Shown: in pieces, positions 45,358 through 55,072 of the stretch
How the letters are laid out: every line of letters begins with the position of its first letter
Numbering within the stretch: position 1 is the first letter of the stretch
From: Clostridia bacterium
GTDB taxonomy: Bacteria; Bacillota; Clostridia; TANB77; CAG-465
Direction: 5' to 3'
Length of the DNA: 64,000 bases
Assembly: GCA_017521005.1 (NCBI GenBank)
Contig: JAFXEC010000015.1
Coordinates: 1,241 to 65,240 of the forward strand
The notes under the pieces: generated by a model
Told to the model about the DNA's origin: nothing
The model's input: the letters and a program-made list of their open reading frames with translations, nothing else
Databases searched by the model: none
Program-made: the position numbers and the translations under genes

Positions 45358-47544
45358 TTAGTGACCGCCGCCACCGCCGCCGCCACCACGACCGCCTCCG
45401 TAGTATCCGCCGCTACTCATGTGGCTAGAGTATGATCTTGATGCAGAACGTACACTCGAACTAAATGAACGACTGCTAGAACGGAAGTATGTTGAACGAT
45501 AGTATCTATTTTCGAACATAGGACTTGGTGTTAATTCGAATTCTTGGCATCTTATATTCAATGCTTTGATAACTTTTTCTGAAATTCCAAAAGCTGTAGC
45601 ATAAACCAAATATTTTTCCCATAGCACTAAATCTACAACTGTTTTTTCGTTCATTAGTGTTTGGCTGTTTAAGAAGTCGTATAAGCCCTTCCATTTTGCA
45701 TATTCATCTTCGCCAAATTGTGTATATAGAAGTGCTGTGCGACCAATTTTACTTATCTTGTACGCTTTAAGTAGAAGCGCTATACCAATTAGTGTAAATG
45801 CACCATAAGCATAATCTAAACGAGTAAAGTGAGAAATGAAGTTTACTATAATAATAAATATTAGACCCCAATTTCTTGAAGATTTTGCTTTGGCTAGCAT
45901 TTTATTTTTTTCTTTATCATATTCTACTGTTTGGAAATATCCGTGTAACACACCTATATTTTTTACAGAACGTTTAACCTTCTTAACAAATGAATCTGTA
46001 TTAGAATAATCTGCTTTAATTCTTTGTTGGAATTGTTCCATTGTTAATCCATCAGGTCTATTATATCTATATATAAGATTTAGATATGCTTCTTCAGAAG
46101 GAGTTAGTTCTTCTAATTCGCCGTATGTATCTGAATAATATTTTGAGATTTTTGTGGCTGTTACTGGATTTTTTTCCATCTCAGCGATTCTATCCATAAT
46201 GCTAGGGCGTGGAGTAGTAGAATTGTATGCTATAGTATTAGGATTAGATGCTGGTTCGGCCTGTCTGTTATCTACTTTAGCTAATATTTTGAACACAGTA
46301 TTTTTAGGTGTCCAATCTATATTCATGTCCTTCTTTTCTAAAGAAATATATTTTTTACGTACTAAACTTAACATTAATGCGGAATATACTTCTTTTAATT
46401 CTTTTTTCTTTCTTTCTTTTGAGAATACTAGAGTAGCAGCAAAATATGGGTCTAAGTTACTAGGTATATCTCTAAAATATTGAACATTTATACTTGGCCT
46501 ATAGAACGTGTTATCCTTATACAACTTGTTAATTGTAAGTGTTGTAGAGAACAATATAATTACTGAAACTATAATAGCAATTACAAGCACTTTTGTTTTA
46601 GTGCTACGAGCCGCCGGAACTAGCGCATCATATTCTTCTTGTTCATCTAATATTTCTTGAAGTGCAGGATCGTTATAATATCTATTTCTTGAAGCGTAAT
46701 CTGTAAATTTATGTCTGTCCTTACCATATGAAAGTAAAGTAAATTCTATATATTGATTATATGGTCTAAATTTAAGTTCGGATTCATCCAAATCAATAAT
46801 AAATGTATGGTATCCTGGATTTTTGAAATCTGATTCTGTAAAGTTAAATGTATGTGAATTTGTTCCATATGTACCAGCTTTATAATTTCCTACATCTGGC
46901 ATATCTTTATCTGGTATTAATATTTCTGCTTTGAAAGATTTAAGATATTTAATTGTAGACTCAGAATACATAGTTAAGTATAAAGAAGAGCAGTCTGCAT
47001 ATCTTAAAGCCGCGTTATTCATTTCATAAATTATTTCAAATTGCACTTTTTCTCTATATAGTCCGTTAACATACATTAATACACATTCGTATCTATCGTA
47101 GTCTGGATTGTATGGTCCAGGGCTATGGAACCAATGATATGGTCCGCGTCTATATTCATAATCATACCAATAGATTCTGCTTGCAGGTCTGTATACTCTG
47201 TAAGAACCATCAGGCAATATTTCTTTAACAGACAAGACATTATAGTCTACTTTTACGCCATCTTCATATTTTTCTGGCAATGCCCTCCAAAGTTCCCAAA
47301 ACAAATTACCTTTTGAGAAGGCGTGAATGTCAAATGTGAGTTTTTCTGTTACGTGTATTTTTCCGTTGCTTCCGGACTCATCAATAAGAACGGCTTTGTA
47401 ATCTACATCTGTTATTCTTGCATAATCCCATGGATTTAGATTTATTTCAGAAAAATCAATAAATTCTGAAGCAAAAGATATGAAGAAAAAGAAGAGATAC
47501 ACCACAACGATAATCGTAGATGGATTAATATATCCTTTTTTCAT
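45358..47544 (-). CDS. DUF2207-type membrane protein with poly-Gly C-terminal tail
   Basis: A signal/TM segment, a large extracytoplasmic domain, TM helices and a terminal GGYYGGGRGGGGGGGGH. ATG 47544 follows GGGGGAAAA. The upstream 46 codons of the ORF-track frame are unlikely to be coding. Confidence 0.65.
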   Translation of the reverse strand: MKKGYINPSTIIVVVYLFFFFISFASEFIDFSEINLNPWDYARITDVDYKAVLIDESGSNGKIHVTEKLTFDIHAFSKGNLFWELWRALPEKYEDGVKVDYNVLSVKEILPDGSYRVYRPASRIYWYDYEYRRGPYHWFHSPGPYNPDYDRYECVLMYVNGLYREKVQFEIIYEMNNAALRYADCSSLYLTMYSESTIKYLKSFKAEILIPDKDMPDVGNYKAGTYGTNSHTFNFTESDFKNPGYHTFIIDLDESELKFRPYNQYIEFTLLSYGKDRHKFTDYASRNRYYNDPALQEILDEQEEYDALVPAARSTKTKVLVIAIIVSVIILFSTTLTINKLYKDNTFYRPSINVQYFRDIPSNLDPYFAATLVFSKERKKKELKEVYSALMLSLVRKKYISLEKKDMNIDWTPKNTVFKILAKVDNRQAEPASNPNTIAYNSTTPRPSIMDRIAEMEKNPVTATKISKYYSDTYGELEELTPSEEAYLNLIYRYNRPDGLTMEQFQQRIKADYSNTDSFVKKVKRSVKNIGVLHGYFQTVEYDKEKNKMLAKAKSSRNWGLIFIIIVNFISHFTRLDYAYGAFTLIGIALLLKAYKISKIGRTALLYTQFGEDEYAKWKGLYDFLNSQTLMNEKTVVDLVLWEKYLVYATAFGISEKVIKALNIRCQEFELTPSPMFENRYYRSTYFRSSSRSFSSSVRSASRSYSSHMSSGGYYGGGRGGGGGGGGH

Positions 47545-47714
47545 GTTTTCCCCCTTAATATATATACAAAATAAGTATATATTAAAGCTAAAAAAATGTA
47601 AAACGAAATATTGTAAATAGAAAACAAAAAGCAAAAATGATATATATTTGTAATATTTAAGAGTGGAAAAAGTTTTTCTCATGTGATATATTACATATAA
47701 CTCATGGAGGGAAT

Positions 47715-48584
47715 ATGAAAAGAAATATTGAAATAGGTAAACACGCTGGCTTTTGTGGAGGAGTTAATTTGTGTATAAAGGCATTAGACGAAGAACTAGA
47801 AAAAAGTAGCGAAAAAATATATTGTTTAGGGGAATTAGTACACAACAAAGATGTGGTAAATAGTTTTAAGAACAAAGGAGTAATATTTGTAGATAGTATA
47901 AATATGGTACCAAATAATTCTAAACTAGTTATAAGAGCACACGGGGCTGAGAAGCATACATATGAGCTTGCAGAAAGAAGAGGGATGAGAGTTTTAGACT
48001 TAACATGTCCAAAAGTAGCGAAAATTAAAGAGGATGTAAGGGAATATATAAATGAAGAATCATATATAATTCTTGTTGCTAAAAAAGACCATCCCGAAGC
48101 AAAAAGTACAATAAGTTTTTTAGGCGCAAATGCTAGCATCATAGAAAACGAAGTGGAATTAAAAGAAATAGTAAATAAACTTAATATATATAAGCATGTA
48201 GCGGTTATAGCACAAACAACATTTGATGAAAAAGTGTTTTTAGAATATGCAGAATATATAAAAGGAAATGTATGTAAAGATGTAAATGTAATGGTTAAAA
48301 ATACAATATGTAATGCAACTAGCATAAGACAAAATGAAACAAGAGAAATGGCAAAATCTAAAGACATAATGATTATAGTAGGTGGAAAGAATAGTTCAAA
48401 TACACACAAATTATATAATATATCAAAAGAAGAGTGTAAAAATACATATTGGGTAGAAACAAAAGATGAGTTGAATCTTAAGGTATTTGAAGGAAAGTTA
48501 GATGTTGGAATTATGGCTGGGGCGTCTACACCTAAAAATGTAATAGATGATGTTGTACAAGCTATAGAAGAATATGAGGGATAA
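47715..48584 (+). CDS. ispH: 4-hydroxy-3-methylbut-2-enyl diphosphate reductase
   Basis: Motifs GFCGGVN, HNKDVV, RAHG, CPKV, IAQTT, NTICNAT, GGKNSSNT and AGASTP. Confidence 0.9.
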   Translation: MKRNIEIGKHAGFCGGVNLCIKALDEELEKSSEKIYCLGELVHNKDVVNSFKNKGVIFVDSINMVPNNSKLVIRAHGAEKHTYELAERRGMRVLDLTCPKVAKIKEDVREYINEESYIILVAKKDHPEAKSTISFLGANASIIENEVELKEIVNKLNIYKHVAVIAQTTFDEKVFLEYAEYIKGNVCKDVNVMVKNTICNATSIRQNETREMAKSKDIMIIVGGKNSSNTHKLYNISKEECKNTYWVETKDELNLKVFEGKLDVGIMAGASTPKNVIDDVVQAIEEYEG

Positions 48585-48587
48585 TAT

Positions 48588-49160
48588 ATGGTAATAGGAA
48601 TAGATTTAGATGGAGTTGTTTTTGATTCAGAAAATGTTTTTAGAACATATGAAGAGATTTATGACATTGAAGAATTAAAAGGAAATAACTTAATAGACAG
48701 AAGTGAACCAAAACATAGTCAAAGATATAATTGGACGGAAGAGCAAACGAAAGTGTTTAGGGATAAATATTATTTAGAAATTTCAAAAGTAAGTCCTTTA
48801 ATGGCAGGGTTTGAGACGGTATATAAAAAATTAATAGAAGAGGGACATACATTTGTTGTAATAACAGCTAGAGGTGGATGGATTCCTGAAATGAAAGATG
48901 ATGCAATAAGAATATTTGAAGAAAAAGGTCTTTCTTTTGATAAATATTACTGGCATACATCAGACAAGCTAAATGCGTGCTTGGAATCAAAAGTAGATGT
49001 TATGATAGATGATGATTACAAGGTAATAGAACATTTATCTAAAAATAAAGTTAAGACATTATACTTTAGAGATACTAATTTAAAGAAATTAGAGGAAAAC
49101 GAATATGTTAAAGAGGTAAATAACTGGGGAGATATCTATAGATATATAAAAAATCGATAA
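48588..49160 (+). CDS. HAD-superfamily hydrolase (5'(3')-deoxyribonucleotidase-like)
   Basis: The DxD motif IGIDLDGVV, plus ITAR and MIDDD. Confidence 0.55.
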   Translation: MVIGIDLDGVVFDSENVFRTYEEIYDIEELKGNNLIDRSEPKHSQRYNWTEEQTKVFRDKYYLEISKVSPLMAGFETVYKKLIEEGHTFVVITARGGWIPEMKDDAIRIFEEKGLSFDKYYWHTSDKLNACLESKVDVMIDDDYKVIEHLSKNKVKTLYFRDTNLKKLEENEYVKEVNNWGDIYRYIKNR

Positions 49161-49255
49161 AATTTTACATAATACTTGAAAAAAACTTGCATTTATTATA
49201 GAACTATAGTAATATATAGTGCCCGAATCGCGGGGAGAAAACAAAGGAGATATTT

Positions 49256-50731
49256 ATGATAAAAACAAAAATAGTGGCGACAATAGGACCAAGCTCAGAA
49301 AGTGAAGCTATGTTAGAAAAACTAATGAAAGCAGGACTTAATGTGGCAAGATTTAATATGTCACACGGTTCTCATCCAGAACACTTAGCAAAAATAGAGA
49401 GAGTAAAAAAACTAAATAAAAAATTAAATAAAAATGTTGGTTTAATGTTAGATACAAAAGGGCCAGAAATTCGTTTGGGTGTATTTGCAGAAGAACCAGT
49501 GTTATTAGTTCAAGGCTCAGAATTTACACTTACTACTAAAGATGTTGTAGGAGATACAGAAAAAGTTAGCGTTACATACAAAGGTTTAGTAGATGATGTT
49601 AAAGTAGGCTCAACAATATTATTAGACGATGGATTAATAGAATTAGAAGTTGTTAAAATAAAAAAAGAAGACATCGTATGTCTTGTTAAAAATACAGGCT
49701 CAATTAAGTCTAAAAAAGGTGTTAATATACCAGGTATAAAATTATCTTTACCAGCTTTAACAGATAGAGATAAGGAAGATATTAAATTTGGTGTAGAAAA
49801 TGATGTAGACTTTATAGCTGCATCTTTTGTAAGAAAAGTTCAAGATGTTTTAGATTTAAGAAGTTATTTAAGTAGCATAAATGGAGATAAAGTTAAAATA
49901 ATTGCTAAAATAGAAAACCAAGAAGGAATAGACAATTACGATGATATATTAGAAGTGGTTGACGGAGTAATGGTAGCAAGAGGAGATATGGGTGTCGAAG
50001 TACCTATAGCTAAACTTCCTCAAATCCAAAAAGATATGATTAAGAAAGCCACAGCTGCAGGCAAAATGGTTATAACTGCAACACAAATGCTAGAATCAAT
50101 GGTAACTAATCCAAGACCAACTCGTGCTGAAGTATCTGACGTAGCAAACGCGATATATGATGGTACAGGTGCAATAATGCTTTCTGGAGAATCTGCATCT
50201 GGTAAATATCCAGTAGAATGTATAAACATGATGAAAAATATTGCAGCAGAGACAGAAGACAGCATAGATTATTGGAATAGATTTAAGAAACGTAATGTAA
50301 GCAAATTGGGCGCTTATGTAGAAGCAGATGATGAAGCTGAAACTAAAGATGCAAATTTATTTAGAAGACAAATAAACTTTGCTGTATGCTCAAGTGCATT
50401 ATTTACAGAAGCAAAAGCAATAATATCTATATCAGATAAAGGTAAAACTCCAGCGGTTCTTTCTGGATATAGACCAAAATGTCCAATATATGTGTTTACT
50501 GCAAACGAAAAAACATATAGACAATTATCTTTAGAATGGGGAGTAACAGCATACTATTTCCCAGAAGAACATAATTTTGAAGAAATATTAAAAAAAGGTG
50601 TAGACATATTAATTACAGAGAAACGTATTAAAAAAGGAGATATAGTAATCCTAGGCGGCGGTACAACTAATGATCATATATCTGAAAACTACTTATCTAC
50701 ACAAGCGATGGGAGCTGTAATTAGAATATAA
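49256..50731 (+). CDS. pyk: Pyruvate kinase
   Basis: Motifs TKIVATIGPS, ARFNMSHG, DTKGPEIR, MVARGDMGVE and TQMLESM. Confidence 0.95.
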   Translation: MIKTKIVATIGPSSESEAMLEKLMKAGLNVARFNMSHGSHPEHLAKIERVKKLNKKLNKNVGLMLDTKGPEIRLGVFAEEPVLLVQGSEFTLTTKDVVGDTEKVSVTYKGLVDDVKVGSTILLDDGLIELEVVKIKKEDIVCLVKNTGSIKSKKGVNIPGIKLSLPALTDRDKEDIKFGVENDVDFIAASFVRKVQDVLDLRSYLSSINGDKVKIIAKIENQEGIDNYDDILEVVDGVMVARGDMGVEVPIAKLPQIQKDMIKKATAAGKMVITATQMLESMVTNPRPTRAEVSDVANAIYDGTGAIMLSGESASGKYPVECINMMKNIAAETEDSIDYWNRFKKRNVSKLGAYVEADDEAETKDANLFRRQINFAVCSSALFTEAKAIISISDKGKTPAVLSGYRPKCPIYVFTANEKTYRQLSLEWGVTAYYFPEEHNFEEILKKGVDILITEKRIKKGDIVILGGGTTNDHISENYLSTQAMGAVIRI

Positions 50732-50821
50732 AAGTATTTATAAAAAGTACTTGCAAATATAAAAAAAGTGTGTTAAAATACTATGTGTAAAATTAAGACC
50801 AGTACAAGGGAGGGAATATAA

Positions 50822-51007
50822 ATGGCAAAATGTGAAATTTGCGCAAAAGAAGTAAACTTTGGAAATAATGTAAGTCACTCTAACAGAAAGACTTCAAGAA
50901 CATACAAACCAAACGTTCAATCAGTTAAAGTAAATGAGAACGGAACAGTAAAATCTATAAAAGTATGTACTAGATGCTTAAAATCTGGTAAAGTTGAAAG
51001 AGCGTAG
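50822..51007 (+). CDS. rpmB: 50S ribosomal protein L28
   Basis: MAKCEICAKEVNFGNNVSHSNRKTSRTYKPNVQ. A hairpin terminator follows at about 51018-51044. Confidence 0.9.
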   Translation: MAKCEICAKEVNFGNNVSHSNRKTSRTYKPNVQSVKVNENGTVKSIKVCTRCLKSGKVERA

Positions 51008-51080
51008 GAATAATTAAAAGAGGCATAAGCCTCTTTTTTGTTGCCTTTTTTAACCTTTAAGATTTGAAGGTGCATTGGTA

Positions 51081-51293
51081 TTACCGAATTTTTTTTTCGT
51101 ATTCTGCACTTTTAATAGAATAATCTAAATATTCATTTAGATAACGGTAATAATAATATTGATTGTTATAAAAATCCATAGGTGAAGGTAAAAACGAAGG
51201 CGGTGGAGCTACATTGGGTGGTAATGACGTGTTAGGTGTAATGTTATTAAAATTATATGGATTAAAAAATGCTCTTTCGTCCAAGAAAATCAT
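51081..51293 (-). CDS. Pro/Tyr/Asn-rich small protein (possible spore-coat-type protein)
   Basis: An ORF downstream of ylbJ-like with a low-complexity sequence (PPNVAPPPSFLPSP, NNQYYYYRYLNEY). The start is uncertain: the ATG abuts the GGAG, and the TTG at 51284 is better spaced. Confidence 0.35.
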   Translation of the reverse strand: MIFLDERAFFNPYNFNNITPNTSLPPNVAPPPSFLPSPMDFYNNQYYYYRYLNEYLDYSIKSAEYEKKIR

Positions 51294-51384
51294 CTCCTTT
51301 ATGTATATTATATAAATATTTGGTGAATAATATGATTACCTCATATATAAATGAGAATCCCCCTTTTATTAGAAACGATAGTTA

Positions 51385-52476
51385 CTATCGTTTCTTTTTT
51401 AATGTTAAATATAATATAACAATTGTAGATGAGATTATATATACATACAAACTAGGTAATAGATAAGGAGAAACATTAAAGTTACTTATGTTTAATGATA
51501 CTGGTATATTTGATGCAATCTTAAATATGTTAAGATTTAATATAACGTACGTAATTATTGTGCTTATAATTCCTTGCAACAGTTTATAGAACATTAATTC
51601 TTTTAATTTAATCCCTATTTTATATACAAAAGAGTATACTTGAAAGATTATCATAAACGAGCTAAAAGACAAAGTAAAAGATGTTAATAGTATTGCAGTA
51701 GTTGTATTTAGAGGCAATATAGAAACCGATTGTATTCCTGTTGTGATTTCAAATATACCTGCTAAAAAACTCTTAATTAAATTTGGTGCTTTTAAATCGT
51801 TTAATAGGATGCTTGGAACAAGTGAAAATATTATTAAATATCCTAAAATTATTCCTAATGTCTTAAAAGAATTTAGTGTTGATGTAAGCAATATATCAAA
51901 TGGAGAAGATATTTTGTAAAAACTATTTGAAATTGATACATTTTGTTGTATAATATGCTGTGAGTAAGGATAACATATTCCAATAATTATACTGGATAAA
52001 AAATGTGAAATAAGTAGAATTATTCCTATACTCAAACTATTAAACATACTTATACCAATAGCACAAAGAATATATGATGGACTTGCATTGTTTGTAAATG
52101 AGACAAGCTTTCTTGCAAGAGGTAAGGATATTTTTCCATCGTTATATAATTTAGCTATGCATTTGGCAGAGTTGGGATATCCTAAAAGAAAGGATATAAG
52201 TATAATAAAAGTAGCATCTTTTGGGATTCTAAATATTTTAGATAATATTTTAGATATACCAAATGATAAGTTATATATAAGATTAGTATTTATTAATATT
52301 TCTGTTATAAGTAAGTAAATATATAAAGAAGGTACTAGCGTGTGAAGAAATATATTTAGCGAATTAGATACACATGTATATACATTTTCGGATCTAATAA
52401 ATAGCAGAATTATACATAGGTAAATAAATATATTAGTAATAAATATTTTGGTTTTGCTGGTAGATACAATCTTCAT
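51385..52476 (-). CDS. Polytopic membrane protein, YlbJ-like sporulation integral membrane protein (nucleoside-recognition/Gate type)
   Basis: A 363-aa protein with about 10 TM helices and a size and topology like YlbJ. The stop codon lies inside a terminator hairpin. Confidence 0.5.
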   Translation of the reverse strand: MKIVSTSKTKIFITNIFIYLCIILLFIRSENVYTCVSNSLNIFLHTLVPSLYIYLLITEILINTNLIYNLSFGISKILSKIFRIPKDATFIILISFLLGYPNSAKCIAKLYNDGKISLPLARKLVSFTNNASPSYILCAIGISMFNSLSIGIILLISHFLSSIIIGICYPYSQHIIQQNVSISNSFYKISSPFDILLTSTLNSFKTLGIILGYLIIFSLVPSILLNDLKAPNLIKSFLAGIFEITTGIQSVSILPLNTTTAILLTSFTLSFSSFMIIFQVYSFVYKIGIKLKELMFYKLLQGIISTIITYVILNLNIFKIASNIPVSLNISNFNVSPYLLPSLYVYIISSTIVILYLTLKKKR

Positions 52477-52516
52477 AAAAACACCTAATAGATATTACTA
52501 AAAAGGAGAATAATAT

Positions 52517-53413
52517 ATGCAATATGTAGAAGATTTTGTGGACTTCAAATTAATAGACATGGCTGGTGGAGAAAAACTAGAACGTTGGGGTAAATATTTG
52601 TTAATTAGACCAGATCCACAAATAGTATGGAATAAAAAGAGTAATCCTAAACTTTGGGAACAAGCAGATGCCAGATATATTAGAAGCAAAACCGGCGGTG
52701 GACACTGGGAGGTTAAAAAGAAGCTACCAGATAGTTGGCAGGTTTCATATAACAAATTAAATTTTAATATTAAACCAATGGGATTTAAACACACTGGACT
52801 TTTCCCAGAACAAGCAGTTAACTGGACATATATGAAGGAAAGAATTGCAGCAAGAAAGAAAACAGGCAAAGATACTAAAGTATTAAATCTATTTGCATAT
52901 ACTGGTGGAGCAACAGTAGCGTGTTTAGAGGCCGGTGCTAGCGTGTGCCATGTAGATGCATCTAAAGGTATGGTAGCTTGGGCTAAAGAAAATGTAATTA
53001 GTTCAGGACTTAAAGATGCGCCAGTTAGATTTATAGTAGATGATGTAATAAAATTTGTTAAAAGAGAAATTAAAAGAGGAAATAAATACGATGCAATAAT
53101 AATGGATCCACCAAGCTACGGAAGAGGTGCAAATGGTGAAGTGTGGAGCATAGAAAAAGATTTAGAAGGGCTTTTAGAGTTATGTGTAGAGTTATTATCT
53201 AAAGATGCAGAGTTTGTAGTAATAAATACATATACAGGCGGACTTTCTGGAACGGTTATTTCCAATCTTTTAACTATGGTGCTAGAAGAGTCTAGAAAAG
53301 ATTTAATAAAAAAAGGTAGAATTGTAACAGACGAAATAGGAATTAAAATGGAAAACTCATCTTTTGTTCTTCCTTGTGGAATAACAACAAAGTGGGAAAA
53401 TGGAGGTATATAA
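52517..53413 (+). CDS. Class I SAM-dependent methyltransferase (RlmI/YwbD-like)
   Basis: Motifs VLNLFAYTGGATV, HVDASK and IIMDPPSYGRG. Confidence 0.7.
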   Translation: MQYVEDFVDFKLIDMAGGEKLERWGKYLLIRPDPQIVWNKKSNPKLWEQADARYIRSKTGGGHWEVKKKLPDSWQVSYNKLNFNIKPMGFKHTGLFPEQAVNWTYMKERIAARKKTGKDTKVLNLFAYTGGATVACLEAGASVCHVDASKGMVAWAKENVISSGLKDAPVRFIVDDVIKFVKREIKRGNKYDAIIMDPPSYGRGANGEVWSIEKDLEGLLELCVELLSKDAEFVVINTYTGGLSGTVISNLLTMVLEESRKDLIKKGRIVTDEIGIKMENSSFVLPCGITTKWENGGI

Positions 53414-53414
53414 T

Positions 53415-54515
53415 ATGCAAGAATCAGTAGGTAATTTATCCTTAAAAGAAAGAATCGGTCAAATGTTTATAGTTGGCCTTGATGGGACTGAAACAGATGC
53501 GGATATAACTGAGTTAATTCAAACATATAAAATAGGTGGTGTATACATTAGAGAAAGAAATATGTATACAGTAGAAAAACTACAAAACTTAATCAACGAA
53601 TTGAAAGCGGCTAATGCAGGAAATTCTGTACCGTTGTTTGTAGCAACAGAACAAGAAACAGGAAGAGGTAATGTTTTACCAGATGAAATAAGAGCAATAC
53701 CTGCTATGAAATATATAGTAGAAAATGCAGATAAATCTGTTGTATATGATACAGCAAATTTAACAGCCGACCTTTTAAGAAAGTTAGGCTTTAACATGAA
53801 TTTTGCGCCGCTTATGGATATGGGTGGTATGGTAAACGGTGTACCTTTAGGGGATAGATGTATTTCTGAAGGCAATACTACATTGATATCAGGAACTGCA
53901 GTGCAAATTGTAAATGCTCATAAGAATAATGGCATAATACCAGTTCCTAAATATTTCCCAGGACATTCTACAACAAAAGCTGAAAGAAGCAATCTAGTAA
54001 TACCATATACAAATAAATCTATAGCTAAATTAGAACATTTAGATTTAGCGGGATTTAAATATTTGATAGAAGAAGGTATTGAAACGATGTTAGTTGGACA
54101 TATACATCTTTCTAAATTAAATATGTTTACACCAGCATCTTTGTCCCATAAAGTAATAGATAAAGTATTAAAACATAGATATAACTTTAATGGAATTACA
54201 ATAGCGGATGATTTAGCCAGCATGTCAATAGCAGTACAATATGGATTAAAACCTGCTGTACATAAAGCAATTCTAGCCGGAAATGATATCATGATAATAT
54301 CTAATGCAGGAAAAGTAAAAGCAATATTAGAAGATTTAGAAAAACAAATTTCTAAAGGTAATATCGATGGAAAAGTAATTGAAAATAGAGTTCAAAAAAT
54401 ACTTGATCTTAAACTAAAATATAATATAAATGATAATGAAGTTCCTTCTATAAATATAGATTTAGAAAATGAAAAAATAGAAGAATTAATTAAAAGAATT
54501 AGACAAATAGGATAA
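53415..54515 (+). CDS. Glycoside hydrolase family 3 N-terminal-domain protein (beta-N-acetylhexosaminidase NagZ-like)
   Basis: Motifs LKERIGQMFIVG, NFAPLMD, KYFPGHS and TMLVGH. ATG 53415 follows GGAGG. Confidence 0.75.
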   Translation: MQESVGNLSLKERIGQMFIVGLDGTETDADITELIQTYKIGGVYIRERNMYTVEKLQNLINELKAANAGNSVPLFVATEQETGRGNVLPDEIRAIPAMKYIVENADKSVVYDTANLTADLLRKLGFNMNFAPLMDMGGMVNGVPLGDRCISEGNTTLISGTAVQIVNAHKNNGIIPVPKYFPGHSTTKAERSNLVIPYTNKSIAKLEHLDLAGFKYLIEEGIETMLVGHIHLSKLNMFTPASLSHKVIDKVLKHRYNFNGITIADDLASMSIAVQYGLKPAVHKAILAGNDIMIISNAGKVKAILEDLEKQISKGNIDGKVIENRVQKILDLKLKYNINDNEVPSINIDLENEKIEELIKRIRQIG

Positions 54516-54606
54516 TAGTAATATAAATAATGAAAATAATATAACCCCAAGGGTTTCATCCCTTGGGGTTTATAGTATTTATAAGGTTTAATTTAGCTAT
54601 TTATTA

Positions 54607-54750
54607 TTAGCATCCGCAACAACAAACTAAAATTACTATAATAAGTATTATCCATATACAGCAGCAGTTTCCACCACCGAAACCACCAAATCCTCCTTGG
54701 CATCCACCGCATTGGTTACCGCAACCGCATCCACATCTTTCATCTATCAT
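54607..54750 (-). CDS. Tiny Cys/Gly-rich tail-anchored peptide (47 aa), YjcZ-like
   Basis: Hand translation: MIDERCGCGCGNQCGGCQGGFGGFGGGNCCCIWIILIIVILVCCCGC*. A GGAGG RBS lies 7 nt upstream, and the bidirectional hairpin at 54543-54572 lies downstream. It is absent from the ORF track because it is under 60 aa. Confidence 0.6.
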   Translation of the reverse strand: MIDERCGCGCGNQCGGCQGGFGGFGGGNCCCIWIILIIVILVCCCGC

Positions 54751-54763
54751 ATTAAATCCTCCT

Positions 54764-54928
54764 TTAACTATTGAAGAAACTATTAGTCATATGAGTAGGA
54801 CCTGTAAGCTTGAAATAATCGCCTTGGCTAATAGAATCATTAGAATTCTGTTTAAAGAAAATTAATATAAGCAAGACAAACCAAATAATCCAATTCGAAT
54901 AATTATTGTCGTTATTTTGCCACCACAT
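54764..54928 (-). CDS. Small single-TM protein (54 aa)
   Basis: Hand translation: MWWQNNDNNYSNWIIWFVLLILIFFKQNSNDSISQGDYFKLTGPTHMTNSFFNS*. It has an AAAGGAG RBS, and its stop lies just upstream of the downstream gene's RBS. Confidence 0.45.
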   Translation of the reverse strand: MWWQNNDNNYSNWIIWFVLLILIFFKQNSNDSISQGDYFKLTGPTHMTNSFFNS

Positions 54929-55072
54929 GTAAACTCCTTTGCTATATACAATCTGTTGTATATATTACATAATATGTAAAAATAAATATCTTGTTACAAT
55001 AAAAAAGATTTATATATAGTATTGAAAAAAATATATTTATATAATAAAATTTTTATAAATAGAGGTAAAAGT

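Noticed and set aside
45358-47682. N-terminal extensions in the ORF track: 45358-47682 upstream of 47544, 31359-31463, 24007-24051, 27427-27513, 28543-28599 and 16279-16302.
   Set aside because: The extensions lack an RBS, overlap promoters, terminators or preceding genes, and encode implausible Phe/Tyr/Leu-rich peptides. Internal starts with good Shine-Dalgarno spacing are preferred.
54607-54750. The Cys-rich 47-aa peptide as a RiPP or bacteriocin precursor.
   Set aside because: There is no adjacent radical-SAM or lanthionine maturase, protease-transporter or immunity gene. A Gly-rich head plus C-terminal TM helix fits the tiny sporulation membrane peptide class better.
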